Shown in pieces: positions 62,301 through 64,000 of a stretch of 64,000 nucleotides of DNA. The notes under the pieces were generated by a model, which did no database searches, was not told the DNA's origin, and saw nothing but the letters and a program-made list of their open reading frames with translations. Positions within the stretch are counted from its first letter, which is position 1. Each line of letters starts with the position of its first letter. The stretch is from Sminthopsis crassicaudata. Its lineage: Eukaryota. The translations under genes and the position numbers were made by a program. The stretch spans positions 62,767,767 through 62,831,766 of the forward strand of contig NC_133617.1 of assembly GCF_048593235.1 (NCBI RefSeq), given 5' to 3'.

Positions 62301-63659
62301 TTTTTCCTGCTTTATTTCAATTTATTTATTAGTTTTTAACATTCACTTTTATAATATTTTGGTTTCTATTTTTTCCTCCCCTCTCCCTTCCTAAGATGGC
62401 AATCAAATCTGATATGTTTTATATGTAAAATCATATTAAGCAGATTTCCACATTGGTCATGTTGTAAAAGAAAAATCAAAACAAAAGAGAAAACTCATGA
62501 GAGAGCTGCATTCAGATTCCATAGTTCTTTCTCTGAGTATGGATAAGTATGGGATATGAATCTTTTGGAATTGTCTTAGATCACTGTATTGCCAAAAAGA
62601 GCAAAGTTTATCAAAGTTTATCAGGGATTAGACTTACTAAAGGGGTGGGATTGGAATCTCTGTCAAGTTAATGAGATAGATCCTTCTGAGTATAGAAAAA
62701 TCTAAATTAGGCCATAATGGACACAAAATAGAACCAAAAAGCAGTGGGAAAATTTGAGTAGGAAGAGAATGTTTTGCATTTGAACATTGGCTGGAGGTGT
62801 CCTATCTGCAGGCAGAATCACAAAATTTTGGAGTTGGAAAGGACTTCAGTGACTGCTTTATTCAATCTGTACCTAAATGAGCATATTGGACTGTACAACA
62901 TATCCCCCATTGAATTGTAGTAATATGATTTTGTGATCCCCTGACCTTGAGGGGCTTCTGTTTTAACAATAAGTCAGTAATCTTGAATATTCTAGCTTTG
63001 GAGCCATTCAATTTTTCCCTAAAGATGTTAAATGAGGGAGATATCCATGGCTGCCTAAGCCAAACTCTCTCCCATTTGTGGATAGCTCTGATGATTCCTT
63101 TTTTTTTTTTTAACCCAAATGTAAGCTATTTTAGCTATCCTTTTTACTTACACCTTCTTCCCTTTCACAGTATCCTCTGGCCAACCAGATTTTTTGGAAT
63201 TCTGACTCTTCACATCCAGTGTTTTAGCCACTACGCCTATCTATGTGTCTCATCTGCAAGTTTGGGTCTGTTTGACTCAATGACTTGCATGTGATTCATT
63301 CTCCACAGACTTGGGCAAGAGCTCTTCTTGGGGTGGAGGCTGAGAATTTGGACCTTCCTTCAATCTTTGTCCACTAATAAGAGGCTCACAAGATAGGCGG
63401 CGTGTGGAGGAGGCAGATATATGTTTAGAGGCTGCCACAGTGGAGGAATGTAAGCCCTGAGATATGCTCCGGTGTTTACAGAAAGGAGGTTATGGGCCAG
63501 AGCCAGCAGACCTGAGACAGAAAGATAGAGCAGAACAGGAAATTCTGAACTTAGCTAGGAGCTCATGCGCACAGAGGCCAGAGTATTCATTGGACTCCTG
63601 ATGGTAGTTGGTGAATTAATTCCCTGCTCTGACCCTCAATTTTTCCAGTAGTAAAACGC

Positions 63660-63905
63660 AAACGTGACTCAAGGGATAGAGCATGGGGCCTGTCATCCGG
63701 AAAACTCAAGTTCAAACCCAGCTTCACATCCTTAGGAGCAGAGTGAAAAGTAATTAAGTCCCTTAAATCTATCTACCTTGGTTTCCTCATCTATAAAATG
63801 AGCTGGAGAAGGAAATGGCAAACTACTTTAGAATCTGTGTCCAGAAAACCCCAGATGGGGTCACAAAGAGCCAGTCACGACTGAAAATGACTGAAGAGTC
63901 CAGTA
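63660..63905 (+). mobile_element. MIR/MAR-type CORE-SINE
   Basis: caagttcaaacccagc, ggtttcctcatctataaaatgagctggagaaggaaatggcaaac, atggggtcacaaagag..gactgaaaatgactgaa. Many similar copies across the window are not listed individually. Confidence 0.8.
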
Positions 63906-64000
63906 CAAAGTTTGGTGGCCTTTAGAATCTTTAAGTTTCTTCAGGTTTTAGCTCAGGTTCCAGCTGCTCCCCATGCTCAGGATCTCCCCAGCTGTTCGCA

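Noticed and set aside
47200-64000. FZR1, expected on plus by synteny
   Set aside because: No MDQDYERR-type exon and no convincing first exon. CpGs rise slightly near 63.6-64 kb, so its promoter may lie just beyond the window; an exon 1 in the DOHH island cannot be excluded.

Overview
This is marsupial genomic DNA, not prokaryotic. WSINE1 SINEs, marsupial L1 and OC1-type hAT MITEs suggest an Australian marsupial, probably a dasyurid. The window is syntenic with human 19p13.3. In order it holds: the last intron and terminal exon of NFIC (+; SWYLG*, then a ~10 kb 3'UTR with no recognisable transposons); complete SMIM24 (-, 4 exons, 118 aa); complete SMIM44 (-, 2 coding exons, 158 aa); complete DOHH (-, 4 coding exons plus a non-coding exon 1, 308 aa) with its CpG-island promoter; then ~16 kb of repeat-rich DNA toward FZR1, whose exons I could not find. 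All gene models were built by hand from GT-AG boundaries and give intact frames. There is one 175-N assembly gap. I found no convincing new multi-gene system. The best leads are the SMIM24/SMIM44 microprotein pair, a MITE-derived polyA signal and possible 58-nt intron/uORF switch in SMIM44, a CLEAR box plus uORF at the DOHH start, an OC1 MITE inside the DOHH CpG island, and a self-complementary repeat in the NFIC 3'UTR. Repeat family names and human comparisons are from memory, not searches.
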